From the NCBI GenBank assembly GCA_973895155.1, contig OZ316897.1:17218058-17282057 (forward strand): a stretch of DNA of 64,000 nucleotides. The letters are read 5' to 3'. This DNA comes from Marsupella aquatica (lineage: Eukaryota > Plantae > Marchantiophyta). The position numbers were made by a program, and so were the translations under genes. Positions 26,626-40,040 of this stretch are shown piece by piece; positions within the stretch are counted from its first letter, which is position 1, and every line of letters begins with the position of its first letter. Below the pieces are notes generated by a model. The model was not told where the DNA came from. It made no database searches and saw only the letters and a list, made by a program, of their open reading frames with translations.

Positions 26626-29331
26626 TCAAAGACAGTCTTTCAAAGACCTACGGGCAAGTTTTGGGAAATGAGATGAAAAGCAGATAGCAAAATAGATATA
26701 TTGCGCAAATGAAAAGACAATTGTCATCGTATATGCACCTCAATGCTGCATCCAACTCTTTCTCATCCTCACAATTGTAACCAAGTAGATATGCCCGCCC
26801 TGCAAACAGATATTGTAAAGATGTAACGAAAATTAGAAGGCTCGATTCTGAACAAGGGCAACGTCTACAAATTTACCATTTGTACACTAACCAATGAAAA
26901 TAAACGCAATGATTCCAAATGACGAAATCCGGGGAACACAAACGCCTCACATTAATCTAGAAGGCAAAAGTGGTTCATTTACCAAGTCTGCCGGCATTCA
27001 TGTAAGTTTCACCCTCTTCTGCAGCTGCAATACTCTCAGCCTGCTGACGCGACTACAGTTCCAGACAAGAACCCCATCAGATCATTTGTAATAAAAAAAC
27101 TGGCAAAAAACAAACCGAATCAAGGCATGCACTTAGCCTAAACTACGGAGAGCACCTGCAAGACATAACTCACCGGTGTTGATTCATCTTCATCATCTCC
27201 ATCCAGCCAACGGTCAAAGCAGCGACCAGAAACTGTGCATACAAGAAGTTCATTTGAAGGGTCCAAAATAGTCTCCCTGCAAGTATCATCACACACTGCG
27301 GAAAAGACATGGCAGGAGAGGCATAGTTAGCTTCTACAATTCATGTCATCTTGGCTTCACCACAAATGATCACATATATAGAGACGATTGTATACAAAGA
27401 ATACCAGCTCTTCTTGGGGGTCTCCTGTACCATCCCATCATACCAAATGCCACCCTAGAATAACAACCACAAAGAATATCTACACTTGAATGGACTCAAC
27501 CCTCGTTTCCATAGTATCAGCAGGTCATACAAGCATACCATGAGCACGTCCAGTCTTCTCACAGAGAAATATATCTCCAATCTGATTGTATGAACATGTT
27601 CGGCCTGAACACGAGTGATGACCGAGATACACGTCAGGCAGCTTGTGGTTTCGGCGCCATTCCGTTATGTGGTCAGCAACTGTCATGTCAATTACGACAA
27701 GATCATCACGTACCTGCAAACCAAGAATTCCAAAGACCGTTATCTGACATGATTCCAAGAACCCTTGTAGAAGATCCGTAATGTCTTCCATTTCATGTAA
27801 GATTCAAAATTGGGAGATCTCCAATTGAGTCAACTCTGCTGGATACGGGTAAAATTGGGAGATCTCCAATACAGTCAACTCTGCTGGATACGGCTAATCG
27901 GAATAATTACTTGGGAAGGTGCTGGCGTTTGACTGCGCTTTGCAGCTTGCATTTGAACGTAGTATTCGCGAAACTCGTCCGGTGTATTGCGGACAAAATC
28001 TGTCATATCTGCCTTGTCTCGCTGCATGGAAACAAAAAGTTTAACTTACTATTGGTATACCCTGAACTTGGAGGAAAAGATTTATTCATTCCTTGTGGTA
28101 AGGACTTCAGCTGAATATTCACAGAGTCCTGTGAATATTCATAATCAAGTACCCAAACAGCTGAATATTCACACAGTTGCGTCCAAGGGATCCTATAATT
28201 CACAGGCATCTAGTCCACTGAACTAGGAAAGGAGTACCAAAAAACAGAGGACAGCCGAAATATCTGCCGATTCCACATCGATATTCAAAATCAATAATAG
28301 TTTAAGACACGCACGGAGCTCTTCTATACCTCAAAGTAGAGTTGCTTCCAGGCACAACCCCGTAGCTTGCCCTTTCGGTCAGCTTGTGCCGGAGGCCCCC
28401 AACGAAGGCAGTATCTGTCAATCACAGACGACATTCATTTCATTCCGCCACGATTTCATAGTAGTATTCCTCGTCTTCACACCAAACATGTAAACTTTGC
28501 CCTTCACCACACTACAACTTCACAACTACTTTCTTGGACTGCGAGGACAAAAACTTTGAACCAGAGAGATGACCACAAGCAACTTACAGCCTGCGCCAAA
28601 GGCTCTCATCTGAAGTGGCTACCCTGAGAAACTTGCAGACACCCGCACACATCGAAAGATCCTGCGCAGAATGTTAAAGGACAACAGTAAGGACGCCATT
28701 TTCTCTTGTAGAAGGAAATATCCAAAACCCCTTCTTTTGAAATCACACTAAATCTGGAACCTTATATATTATTTACGAGATAGGACCAATGCCATAATAA
28801 CAACTACAAACACTGGCCAAAATTTCAACCTTAGTTTTAGCTTCATTATCACACTGAAGTGGTGCAACTGGAGACTGAATTCAAGGAAACTCTGTGCCTG
28901 CTCTCAGTATAGTAGCTATTGAAAACTTTGGAGAGTAAACTAAATCCACCAATTTGATATTCAGCCTTTCAAGCAACAATTTTCGAGGACAAGATGAAAT
29001 CACAATATTTCATACCTCTGAAGAAAGAAACTTGAGAATGTTGGGGAAAAGCTCCGGCGGAATCTTGCCAAAATTTCCAGTGTAGATAGGATGCTCCCCT
29101 GCTTCGTCCAGGCACTTTCTCACAACACGACTTCCTTTCCCTCGTGACTCGTTTTGGTTCCTATACAACAGTGACAGAAAAAATAGTACACAAGAGATCA
29201 CCATGCGAACGAAAATATATATAATTACCATACGCAAGAGGTCAAGAAACATCATTCACTATGGTGAAACGACGTGAATTCGGGTAATCATCTTACCCTG
29301 CCATATCCTTTGCCAACCGTTGGATAGGCAT
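26626..29331 (-). CDS. SKIP31: F-box protein SKIP31-like, multi-exon
   Basis: F-box GNFGKIPPELFPNILKFLSSE/DLSMCAGVCKFLRVATSDESLWRRL. Further exons carry WKQLYFE, EFREYYVQMQAAKRSQ, CSYNQIGDIFLCEKTGRAH, VCDDTCRE...CTVSGRCFDRWL and RAYLLGYNCEDEKEL. The start (ATG 29331) and last exon (26626-26647) are inferred and less certain. Confidence 0.85.
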
Positions 29332-31039
29332 TGTTGGGAGCCTTTACATGAGAAGTACAACTAGTGCGCTTTATTGTCTTTGTTAAATAGTCGAGTCTGG
29401 AATAAACAGAACATGGAATCATTAACAGGATCAAAATTTGACTCGGACGAACAAAGGCAACAATTTAGGAAGAACAAGCAAGCGCCACGGAAAGCCTGAT
29501 ATCAACACGAGGCATTTGGGACACTAAGCACAGATAGAGGAAATGGGAGACAACCAGTGGCGAAAATATATGTATACTTGGAAACATGAAAACGCACTCA
29601 AAGCTGTCAGTCAAAAGTTCAACTGAATCTTTAGTCCTGGCACAAGGTGTCAAGAATGTGGGGAATGTAGTGCCAAGGTAAATGACCAGAGCATTGGAAA
29701 TGATTAAACTGCTGAAAAATAAACTTTGCAAGAGGATCACGTCAGTTCTTCCTAGATTGTGACTACCGTGGCACGAAAATAAAACAGAGAATAATTGAAT
29801 CTTTGTGGCACGGAAGCTCAAGCTCCTTGTCAAGAGACGAGCAATAGAAAGATAAATACACGGCCGGAAACAATTGCAAAGTGATCGGCACCACAAGATA
29901 AGGCTATCGTCAACCAGCTCCAAGATAAACTGTACTAATACTCTGTGCCCCCTCTAGAAAACATTATCTAGCCCAGGACGCACAGAGCTAGAGAGCAGAC
30001 AGTGTAAGTTTATTTCTTTTGATTGCAATTTGAAACAACCGAGCCCGAAGAACGCATAAAGAAAATCGACAAAGAAAGAAATCACAGCTCTGAAAACGAA
30101 AAGTTCAGACTGGAACTGAACGTGTTCACGAAGAAGGAAGACAACAACAACAAAAAATCACTTCTGCTTAGCGTGACGAGTCTCTTAACAACCAGCTCGA
30201 GGACATCGGGGACAGGTAAAAAGCTTCCTGGAGTGTCTGTTAACGACAGACGACAAATTTCCGCCACTTACACTGCTGGACCGATAAATAATCATTTCCT
30301 TTCCTCTGAACAGAATCGGAAACCGACCGTTCCTAAAGAACAGAGTCACAAATTTAACAACGACAGAAATTACAAATCTGAAAACAAAAAACCTAGGACA
30401 GAGACTGAACTTCGTCACAAAACACGAAGAATCACAACAGCAAGCCGTTCCGTTTCACCACGGCTGAAACCGACTCCTGTTTTTCGAAAGCCTCTCGTTC
30501 CAGAAAGCAAGAAACTACATCACACAAAGTCACGGCCAGAATCGCACGACGAGCACACGGAACGGGAACAAGCGGACTGGGAAGGAGCGGAGGAAAACAG
30601 AAGCAAAAAAAACACACAACCACCAAGAATCTCCATGATCTTAGGACATGTCCAGGAACAAGTTACTCACATGCTCGGAATCCACAGCTTTCCGTCCGTG
30701 GAGCACCTCGAGCGGAGAAAAAAAAACCTGCGTCGTGTTCACCTCCAGCACCGGAAGACCGAGGAACAAGCACCGATTATCGACCGATCCAATCACCATT
30801 CTTTCTTCGGAGATTTGCATCCACGATTACTTCGATCGAGAAAAAGCAATGTGCCGAAATCGGAGGTACGAAGGCCGAGACGCGAAGGAAACGAGGAACG
30901 ATCCTCGTGGCGGGGCTTCGCGGGCCGGGCGGGCGTTGCGAGTTCGAACCCCGCCAGCTGCCACAACGCCCAACACGTAATTACGAACATTTCATTGTTT
31001 TCATTTCAGTAACCGGGATGAAGAAACACTCTAACAAAT

Positions 31040-31682
31040 AATTACTTATAGGATAATGGAGGGTCTTGTTTGGGTTACTAACCCCATAAGGTTTTCTGAG
31101 CTTTCTTGGAGCAGGCGATTACCCCTCCTAGACATACATTTCTAGTATGTAATATCTGTCAAAAGAAGTTATTTTTTGACAACCTATTATGGGAATAGCA
31201 AGGAACTCCACAATGTTTACATGCCAGGAACCTGTTTTCAACCTGTTTTCTTGACAGACAGTATCTAATATCTATAAAAAGAAGGTTATTTCCTGGCAAG
31301 AGATTATGGAAATAGCAAGGGACTTCAAAATGTTGACATGCCACTAACCTGCTTTCTTGACAGAATTTACTTATAGGATAATGCAAGGTCTGGTTGGGGT
31401 TACTAGCCTTGTAATTACGTTACCAGTGGCAGTCAAGAAGATTTTCTGAGTTTTCTTGCAGTTGAGTTCAGGCTAAAACCAATGCCCATACATGCATTAT
31501 AATACATGATTTCTGACCAAAAAAGGGTCAGGCTAAAGCCAAATGCCCATACATACATGCATTATAATACATGATTTCTGACCAGAAAAAGGTTACTTCC
31601 GTGCAATGCAATAGATTACAGGAATAGCAAGGGCCTCCATAAATGTTTACATGCCAGTAACCTGCCTTCTTGACAGAATTTA
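31040..31682. repeat. Degenerate direct repeats
   Basis: ATAGCAAGG.ACT.CA.AATGTT.ACATGCCA..AACCTG occurs three times (~31195, 31312, 31624). TCAGGCTAAA.CCAA.TGCCCATACATGCATTATAATACATGATTTCTGACCA occurs twice (~31468, 31528). Confidence 0.7.
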
Positions 31683-31689
31683 TGGATGT

Positions 31690-32875
31690 TCTTTTTTCAA
31701 GAAAGGACTGAACCAGTCCCCTCCAACATCTTGTGTACTTGATGGATCAAAAGTTGTACTAAGGACTTGACCGGGGCCCTTCAGATGTTCACCGTCAGAA
31801 ATCCAAGAAACACAGTAGTTGCGCAACAATTGTTGTTGGGTCCGCTTCTATTACACAAGGCATCACTATCAACTCAGGGTGCCACAAACCTACAAAATGA
31901 TAGTTTGGATAAAACTAAATATTTTGTCGAATGACAATATGGATATGGTTTGAGCTGAAAATTGTTTGGTATGATCTCTAACTCGGGGGGGGGGGGGCAT
32001 TTAGATGGGTGTGGCGGAACACTTCCAAAGTTTTGTGAAAAAACACATAGAACATGTTTTATTGACTGGACGGCTTCAAAGAACACATAAGCTTATTTAA
32101 TTGTCTCTTTAGGGGTTTTTAGTAAAAAATGGTAAAATTTAAAGAAAGAAAGGGTTTTGCAAAAAACCATTTTTCACTTATAAGTTAGGGGGTTAAACAC
32201 TAAAACATCGCATGCGATGTATGGCCCTCCACATAGTGAACCCCCCCCCCCCCCCAAAGATCTCTAATGTTCAAGCTACCTACTTGACAATGTTGGGACG
32301 TTGTGGACACCTCCAGCACTCAATCCTATATCCTCAAAAGTCATGATTTTACAAACTGCAATCTACAATTATATGCTTTTCTTTAAGTACGTAAAGCAAA
32401 GTTTGAACCAAAATTGAGCTAGGCACCTTCTTTTGAAATAAGTTAACAGGTTGTCAGTCAAGCATGAAAGTATTATATTTTTGCAAAACAAAAGACTTAA
32501 GAAAATTTCTAAATTGTAGATTTTGAGAATTAAAGATAGAGTGTTAGTGGACGTCCAAAAAGTCCCAACATTTTTCAGTAGGTAGCTTGAACTCAAGAGA
32601 TCACACCAAACAATTGTCACCTTAAACCGGATCCATTTAGTCATCCAATAAAATATTAAGTTTTATCAAAAATTAGCATTTTGTGGTGCCCCAAGTCAAC
32701 AATGGTGCCCCTATGTAGTAAAGTTGTACCTGATGGAAACTGTTGCGCAGTTAGTGTGTTTTTTAGACTTCTGACAGCCAACCGTCCAAAGGGTCTGGTC
32801 AAGTCCGATTCCATCTATGTGGTCCATCAAGTCCACAAGATGATGGAGGGCCTGGTTAAGTCCTTTCCTGGAAGA
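31690..32875. mobile_element. Degenerate foldback element with long inverted arms
   Basis: 31690-31981 plus 32268-32370 is the reverse complement of ~32500-32875. Examples: AAAGGACTGAACCAG/CTGGTTAAGTCCTTT and TCAAGCTACCTAC/GTAGGTAGCTTGA. No clear TSD. Confidence 0.75.
31982..32258. mobile_element. Nested 277-bp MITE/MULE-like insertion with poly-G/poly-C ends
   Basis: 9-bp TSD GATCTCTAA at 31973-31981 and 32259-32267. The opposite arm of the host foldback (~32587-32607) shows the empty site. Confidence 0.75.
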
Positions 32876-33129
32876 AACACTCAAGAGTAATTACGGAAGA
32901 TTAATTTTTTATATTAATTTTTGTAGCCCGAGTGAATAAACTGAAGCTAGAAGGACCACCATGTTGGACAAGGGTGTCTAAAGTCTCTGGGTTTTAGCTC
33001 CCCAATGTCACACATTTTCCTGAAAGTAAATGACAGGTTCACTCACAAAAGCTTGTCTTACCACATGTGACCAATGTTGGTAACTCACACTTGCGGACCT
33101 AGCACTTCAGATTTGAGACCCCGTGTGCT

Positions 33130-33500
33130 CCCTTGGACCACATTTTGGTGGTCCATGGGAGTTTGAGGCCCATAACTTATTGATTATGAGTTTGGACCTA
33201 CAATGCAACTACGGAAAGTTGAAGGAACAAAAAAAAAATTCACAAGCCCAAATATTTCATATTAAGAGAGAACAAATTAATCTAATGAAGTTGAACCCTC
33301 TTCTTTTTATGTTGAATAACTCAACCAAAATGGCCAAATTCACTATCACTTTAGTTTATGGAAGTGTAGCTTCCCTACTCCTCTAGCATATCCCTGAAAC
33401 TAAAATATGTTTGAGATTATGATTATCATGTTATTACAAGTAAAGTCAACTTTAGGGAAATGTGGTCCATGGGGGTTTCAAAGACCAGCTTTGTGGTCCA
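33130..33500 (+). repeat. Dispersed repeat family copy (related to 4190-4560)
   Basis: Shared blocks GGTGGTCCATGGGAGTTTGAGGC, CAACCAAAA..GCCAAA, CCTACTCCTCTAG and GTGGTCCATGGGGGTTT. Confidence 0.65.
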
Positions 33501-35867
33501 TGGGGGCTTCAAATTTGCCAAATAAATCTACCTATCTACCTAATTATACAAGACCTACTCTTGAGTCTCTGTGCTTGGAGTGAAGCCTCTATTTTGGTGG
33601 CATAACTGAAATTAGGTTTGTGGTCACTATAGGCTGAAGCTTGGGTTAAGTTTGTGGTCCCTATGCATTATTGTTTCGACAATATTTGGTACAATACTTC
33701 CAACAATTCACAGCAAATATTGGAGAATTTGATTTGGGGCCATTTTTTACCCCCCAACACAAGAACTGAACAAAGTTCAGCCAACCACACCTGCCCATGT
33801 AAAAGTGCCCCCTCCCCTGCTCGGCCAGTGTTCATTCCTGCCCACGGTTAAGAGTGGACTGACCAATGTACTTATCTTTAGCAAATTCTCGTCATCTTCC
33901 TAGTCACTCAAAACCTTGGCAAATTTTTAACAAATTTAACACTGAGCTACTTGTGAGTTCTCATATAGAGGAGATGCCATCTAACTTTTGACGGCTCGGT
34001 GGGCATAAAAAGAGCTTTAGCACGCACCTCTTGCTATTTAAGTCAGTGCTGGCAGGGCATTCCCCACAAAGGTTGGGTATTCTTAGAATGTACTTGTGAG
34101 GGGGGGCATGGGAGTCTAGATAGAGGAAGCCTTTTTTGTGTCTATGCACATAAATATGAACTTGTAGAAATGAAAGCCATCATGTATGGACATAGAGGAA
34201 GGTTCTTGAGCCTTGGATGGCCATTGTATCACACAAAGTGTGTAAGCATAGGGTGAACTTTATGGCAATGGAGAACACCAAACAACATTACCTTGGTTGA
34301 ATTGGAAATTCTACAATTAATCTAACCTAAAACATTATAACAATCAAAAGGACTCTGTGAATGTTACTTCTCTAACTGTTATGGCAACATTGTGAATGTC
34401 AAATATGGGCAGGAATGATCCCTTGCTGGAGGATCTATGTAGGCATCTTCTAATCTCTCAGATGCACCAGAGAGGCCTTGTGCAACCTCGATCATGACAT
34501 TGGACTTTGGGACACCTACCTTTGTGCTTCCTGGAACTTTGTGACACTCCACTAGCACAACCATTTTGCACAGTCTCTAGGCCTTTGCCCGCCTCACAAG
34601 CTTGGCCTTCTGCAATGTCCATGCCAAGATTGTCTGATTGTAACTACTATTCGGACCCAATATCCTAAACCCTAAGCAATTTGCAACTGTCACATTAAAG
34701 TATATGTAGCCTAGCCCAGGGAGGCATGATCTTTGTGGTAGCTCACTTGAGTAGAGACTGATAGGTTTGGGGTTCAACTATTGTGGCTAACTCTTCCCTT
34801 TTTGTAGGGTTGCACAGATTTTCCCTTTAAAATAAATAAAAATAAAAATAAAAAAGTATCTACAGCCTCGTCACATTCACCACAAATGTTCTCCACAAAA
34901 GCTCCTTATTTCAATTTTGCGTGGAAGATGGGCTCACTATGGTGACAGAGTAGGATAACTCTCCTTGCAATTTATCTCTATACAAGACTTGCACAACTTT
35001 GACCACACACTCTACCAAACTATTCCTTTACATTCAATTCCATGCTACGAGCTCCACCAATGAGTGCTCATTGTGACACCACATGAAGCACCTGCACATG
35101 GCTAAGACACAATAGGAATGACACTGTAATTTCCTTTCTATGCATGTGAAGTCTCTTCAGTTGGCCTTTCTTTGCTAGCCTATAGTCAACGTGTCTCCCC
35201 GTGATTACCATGGCTAAAAGTAGTAGAAAATACGCATGCCAACATGAATCCATTTTTTTAAGTGGGTTCTCCTTAAGGACGGGGTTGAATGACAACCTTA
35301 AGATAGTAGTATAGAACATGTCACATGTATTTTTACTCCACTTGATGGTTCCTAGCATGCCAATGAAATACAGGCATGGTTGCACTGCATGTAGAGTTAC
35401 TCAATCTACAAGAGACCGGAAGCTTATAGTATGCAACCTGCTGCCATACATGTTTCTGCTACAATATCTACTTACTTTCCATGGATATGCCAATAGACAA
35501 ATGTAAACCAGTATATTGCAATCTTGACCTTGTTTTGTTTATATGTGTTTAGCATGGTTTTGTTCACAAGTGTGTGATCTGATCTTTACATACACCACTA
35601 TTATCATCAAACTCCATGCACTCATTCAATTTGTGGATTACACATATGACTATATACACTGCTACAATAGCATAAATTAATACTGTATATCATGTATTAA
35701 TTCAAACTACTCATGGACTATTTGCATCTCTATCACACTATATAATATGATCATAACGAATATTTGTTTGCAAAAGCAACACCTCTTGCTTTGAATGGCA
35801 TGGCCTACATTCTAGGCATTAACTAAGTGTACATATTAGGATACTACTTGCAATCCTAGGCTAATAT

Positions 35868-36252
35868 TGTTGGGGAAAATCGTCGTCCAGGATCGACACA
35901 AGAGTTACATCAACAATGTGCACACCAACAACTCATGCACAGCAATCATCATGAGACTACACAACATGTAAGTGGTTCACCCGAATGGGCTACATCCACT
36001 ATCGTCAAGGAAATCACTAATGATCAAATCATACATGATCCACCGTAGCCTCCACCCCGGAGCTCTAAGGCGTATCTCCTCTCTCTGTCTTTCACCCAAA
36101 ACTTCACTGTGTAGATTGAATGAGTTCTACACTGGAACTCTCTAAGGTATTATGCCTACTCGAGTGAGCCATTCTGCAAACTGTGCTAGTGTCTAACTAG
36201 AGCTAATGCTAACCGCAGTTAGCCGAGTACAAGGTAGAGACAACACCCAAAA
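35868..36252 (-). mobile_element. Solo LTR, related to the 1066-1409 copy, opposite orientation
   Basis: TGTTGGG at 35868 and CCCAAAA (CA mutated) ending at 36252. TSD AATAT at 35863-35867 and 36253-36257. Contains GTGGTTCACC...GGCTACATCCA, the reverse complement of the motif in the first LTR. Confidence 0.75.
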
Positions 36253-36789
36253 AATATAAATACTCATATTTTATACAGAAAATATATTAGGAATATTATC
36301 TATTTTTAATATTAATGCTCTTTTTTAATTTACAAAAGGTATATATTAAAGAATATTCTATTAACTTGAGTTTATAACACCTTCTTTTACTTCTTATACT
36401 TTAAAAAAAATTTAGTTGCTTTTCATTGAAACTAACTATTTTGGATTGCATTTGGTAGTTGACCCATTGAGGACCTACATCATAAGAAGGTTCACCCCAA
36501 TATGCTTCTTGAGAAGACTTAGCTTGTGTGATTTGATACTATCTTATATTGGCTTGGCCTTGTGAGGGTGTAACCTTTTCAACCTTATCGCTCTCTCCTA
36601 TGTCACTCTTATCTAATACGATGAGCTTGTGTCGCACTCGTAGAGAGATGCCACTAACATCTCTAAGCACAGCAAGCCAACATAGTTGCCTCACCTACAT
36701 ATCGTATGTAAGGTCATATCATGTAAGCCTAGACTAAAAGTGACTACTTTAGACAAAGGTTATTGGGTCTGGTTATTGTAAGGATGGAA

Positions 36790-37320
36790 TGGGGAATTTA
36801 CCAAAACAGATTTTTACAAACATGTCCCCCAACCTACCCAATAGTTCTAATGTGCACCCCAAACAAAATTCATTATCAACTTGTCCCCCATTTTGGATTC
36901 GGGTCAGTATTAACTCGTATACAGTTCCTATTGCCATGTGGTAAGTCACTATTGGCTAGCCTTAGCTCACGGCCCCCTTCTCCTTCCTTCTCCTTCCCCA
37001 CTGCGTTTTTTTGAGTAAAAGTGAGGGCCAAAGTTTTGGGTTTTTGTGAGGGGAGTGAGGAGTGCAAAACAACATATTCTTGCCCCTCTCGGACCTGCGA
37101 TTGTGCCCTCCAACGGGGAAGGGGGGCTGGGGGCGGGGGTTGTGGCTGGTTAAGGCTAGCCAATAGTGGGTTCTGACATGGCACCGGGAACTTGTACACA
37201 AGTTAATACTGACCTGAATACAAAGCAGGGGACCGCTTGATAGTTAATTTTGTTTGGATGACACATTAATAATATTGGTTAGTTTTTAGGGATAGATTAG
37301 AAGAAAGCTATTTCCTTCCT
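36790..37320. mobile_element. Degenerate foldback/MITE
   Basis: ~36820-37000 is inverted relative to ~37110-37300: GGTCAGTATTAACT/AGTTAATACTGACC and CACTATTGGCTAGCCTTA/TAAGGCTAGCCAATAGTG. Ends are approximate. Confidence 0.7.
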
Positions 37321-39782
37321 TGTTGGTTAGCCACCACCCCCAAAAAGCAGTCATTGCTACATCGAGCCCAAACCCCACATGCCTTCATTGGCAAATTTCT
37401 CCAGATTCAGAAATATATGGATTTGTGTCTACAATAAGTGGAAAGTGGTTAAAGTTATTGGCTAAGTGGAAAGCTATCGGGCTTTTCTTTTCCCCAACCA
37501 ATCTTTGACTCTCACAACTTTTATAGAGTTTAAAAGAGATACAACACCCCCCTCATGCACCAGGCTGATTGAAAAGAAAGCCCGTTTGCTTTTACTGAAA
37601 TCTCTGTTGCCAGGAAAGTGTCCGTCTTACACAGACTCACACTACTCTAGTTGAGAGCCACATTTTGAAGGACCTTGCAATTTGAGTTGGGCCTAAGGGC
37701 TGTCTTGCATGTGATGGTCCTTGGAATTCTGGCCCTCTACATTCCCAAACATGCAGGGAAAAAGTAGAATTTGTTTGTCCACAAGGTCTATGTTAATGAT
37801 GTGTGTGATTTGTTTTTGTAAAATAAAGTACTTTGTTTGTTATGAAATTTGAAGGTCTTGAAGGGAAGGGTTGGAAACCTTGCTGCGCTTGCCCTTTAGA
37901 TTGCCTCAAATGTTGCCGTGAGGCCTGCCTAGGGAGATGGGTCAGGCAAGAAGCACTCACTCAATGATAAGGTGACATGAGTGAATGGAAAGGGGCAATT
38001 TTTTTAAGGACATGCACATGCAAGGTCCTTTGTTTTCTGGCCCTCAAGTACCTGTTTCACTTCAAAAGACTGGGACAGTAAGGCATCCTGACGGCATATT
38101 TTGTGGGGAAGCAAGGGCAAGGGCCGGAAACAAGGGCAAGGGCAGGAAAGTTTCCGGCCCTTGAGGTACCGAACCTTCAAAAGAGAATACAACAAAATTG
38201 CAGCCAGTACAACTGAATGGGCGCCTCACACATATTAAGTTCTTTGATTGAGTTTAGATTCAAGTTTACACTCCTACATTTGTGGGCTGGTTAGGGCTCC
38301 ATTTTTGAGTATTCTTGAACATACAAGACTGCCCAAAGACCTTGGTTATGGGAGTGATTTGACACCCCCATTAACCAAACCCAATAATAATAGGGTGGGA
38401 GATGCTCTTACGCTGTCAAAAACCCAAACCCTAGACCTCTCAATGGAGGAGAGAGGTGCGGCGACACGGAGGGAAAACGAGCAAACCCTAGAACATCCAG
38501 AGGCCGCCACGGAACATCTACAGTCGCCTTTTGTTTGGTCCATGGTAGTGTTGTGCACAGCATATGTTTCGCGTTGTGCTCTCGTTCTCTCTCATTCAGT
38601 CTTCGGGAGCCATCGTTTCATTCCTCAATTCCTCCGCATCGACAACAGTTGGCTCCTGCATTTTGTTAGAGCTCCGCTGCAGTGTAGTTGGGTCTATTGA
38701 TTTACAGTATGAGTCGTTGAAGTTTGCAACCAGGTCTTGTTTCCTCGATGAAATGTTAGCTCTACTGCTCATACTCTGTCGCGCTTTCTTTCGCTGGTAC
38801 ATTGGGTTCAGCTTTTCGTCGGAGCTCATTACAAACACTGTCTGTGCTCGGGCCGGTGTTTCGAGCCTGTGGTGATATGTGGATTAGAGGTTCTGGAGTT
38901 TCCGCATAGATTAGTTGGGTTGTCACGGATCTGTAATCTGTTTGTGGTTTACGTTCTCCGGCTGGTTTCCCTCAGTTGAGACAGCCTGGGGCAAGACTTC
39001 CGTTCGTCTTGAGAAGCACCTTTTGCAGCTCGTTCCTCCCGGAGAACTGTTCAAATGGTGGGATTCATTATGAACGGAAGTCTCTCGACTGAGATGAGGT
39101 CAGCGTCCGGTTGTGGGTTTTTTTATCTAGCCTTCGCTTCCCCAGTGAGTAATTTGTGTCTCAGGTTGGTCTTTAATATCTAGTGAGCACGTTGAGGAAA
39201 ATCTTTTTTCGTCTTGAGACCTAGGTCTTTGATGAAGATAACCTCCTACTCATTCTGAGTGCTCTGAAATTCAGAAGGCATATGATGAGAAAGGTATATT
39301 ATGGGTAATTTGCAACTGAAATTTGTGATGATCATTAGCCTTCACCTTGGAGAACTGATGCCTTCTCTCTTCTACTGTACCAGTATTGTGTCCTTCAGCC
39401 CGGAGTTCAGGTTTAGCTTTATTCCCTCATGTTTTATGAAGTAGAAGTGTGCTCATATTGGCCGATGAAGAGTAATTTAATTGGAATTACCGTCTGAGAT
39501 ATAACCATGCGGATAAACGATGCGGTTATCTGAGGCCTCTTGATATATTAATCGTTGCCAACCTGCCACGGAATGGGTAGGTTAAACTCGGACCTTAAGC
39601 CGTCCAGGGTTGGCACAAAGGAATCTTTCACTTCTCGATAGGAAGCCACTGGTGCTGCTTAAGCAAATCGCCTGTGGTGCCAAATAGGGTGATTACAATC
39701 CATAATGTTCCTCTGTAGGTTAACGCTGCTTGAAAATGCTGTAGATTGTGTGCGTTAGTCTGTGTTCTATGTAGGTGAGTAA

Positions 39783-40040
39783 ATGCCAAAATGGTCTTCT
39801 ACGATCGCTGCTGGTGCTCCCGTTCTTTCAGGAAGCCCGTTGATGACAAATAACCTAGATAGGAAGTGCCGTATGACACACGTAGTCAGCCAGACAATTG
39901 TGATGACAACCACGCCGAGAGGGTTCGCTCTTAGCATCGAGGGCTGGCTTGCAATGTGGCCTACGCATGGCGACACCATGCCGTGGTTACTTGTCTGCCT
40001 CTTCTCCATGTTGGCAGTGTTTGCATTACTAGTTCTCTAG
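39783..40040 (+). CDS. Candidate small protein (85 aa or shorter) with a C-terminal transmembrane helix, unknown function
   Basis: The ORF follows an acceptor-like TTCTATGTAG (39774) downstream of an intron-like region. Upstream are telo-boxes (AAACCCTA at ~38427 and ~38483) and a CT-rich leader. It ends in the hydrophobic stretch PWLLVCLFSMLAVFALLVL. No family recognised. Confidence 0.45.
   Translation: MPKWSSTIAAGAPVLSGSPLMTNNLDRKCRMTHVVSQTIVMTTTPRGFALSIEGWLAMWPTHGDTMPWLLVCLFSMLAVFALLVL

Noticed and set aside
26084-26671. 195-aa ORF
   Set aside because: It arises from the 138-bp tandem repeat, has a GTG start, and overlaps the SKIP31 3' end in antisense.
30023-31012. 329-aa + strand ORF
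   Set aside because: Non-ATG start, K/R/N-biased composition, and no domain. It is the antisense of the pyrimidine-rich SKIP31 leader/intron.
33900-35520. Possible decayed transposase fragments
   Set aside because: Only scattered Cys/His-containing fragments, with no motif I can assign confidently.
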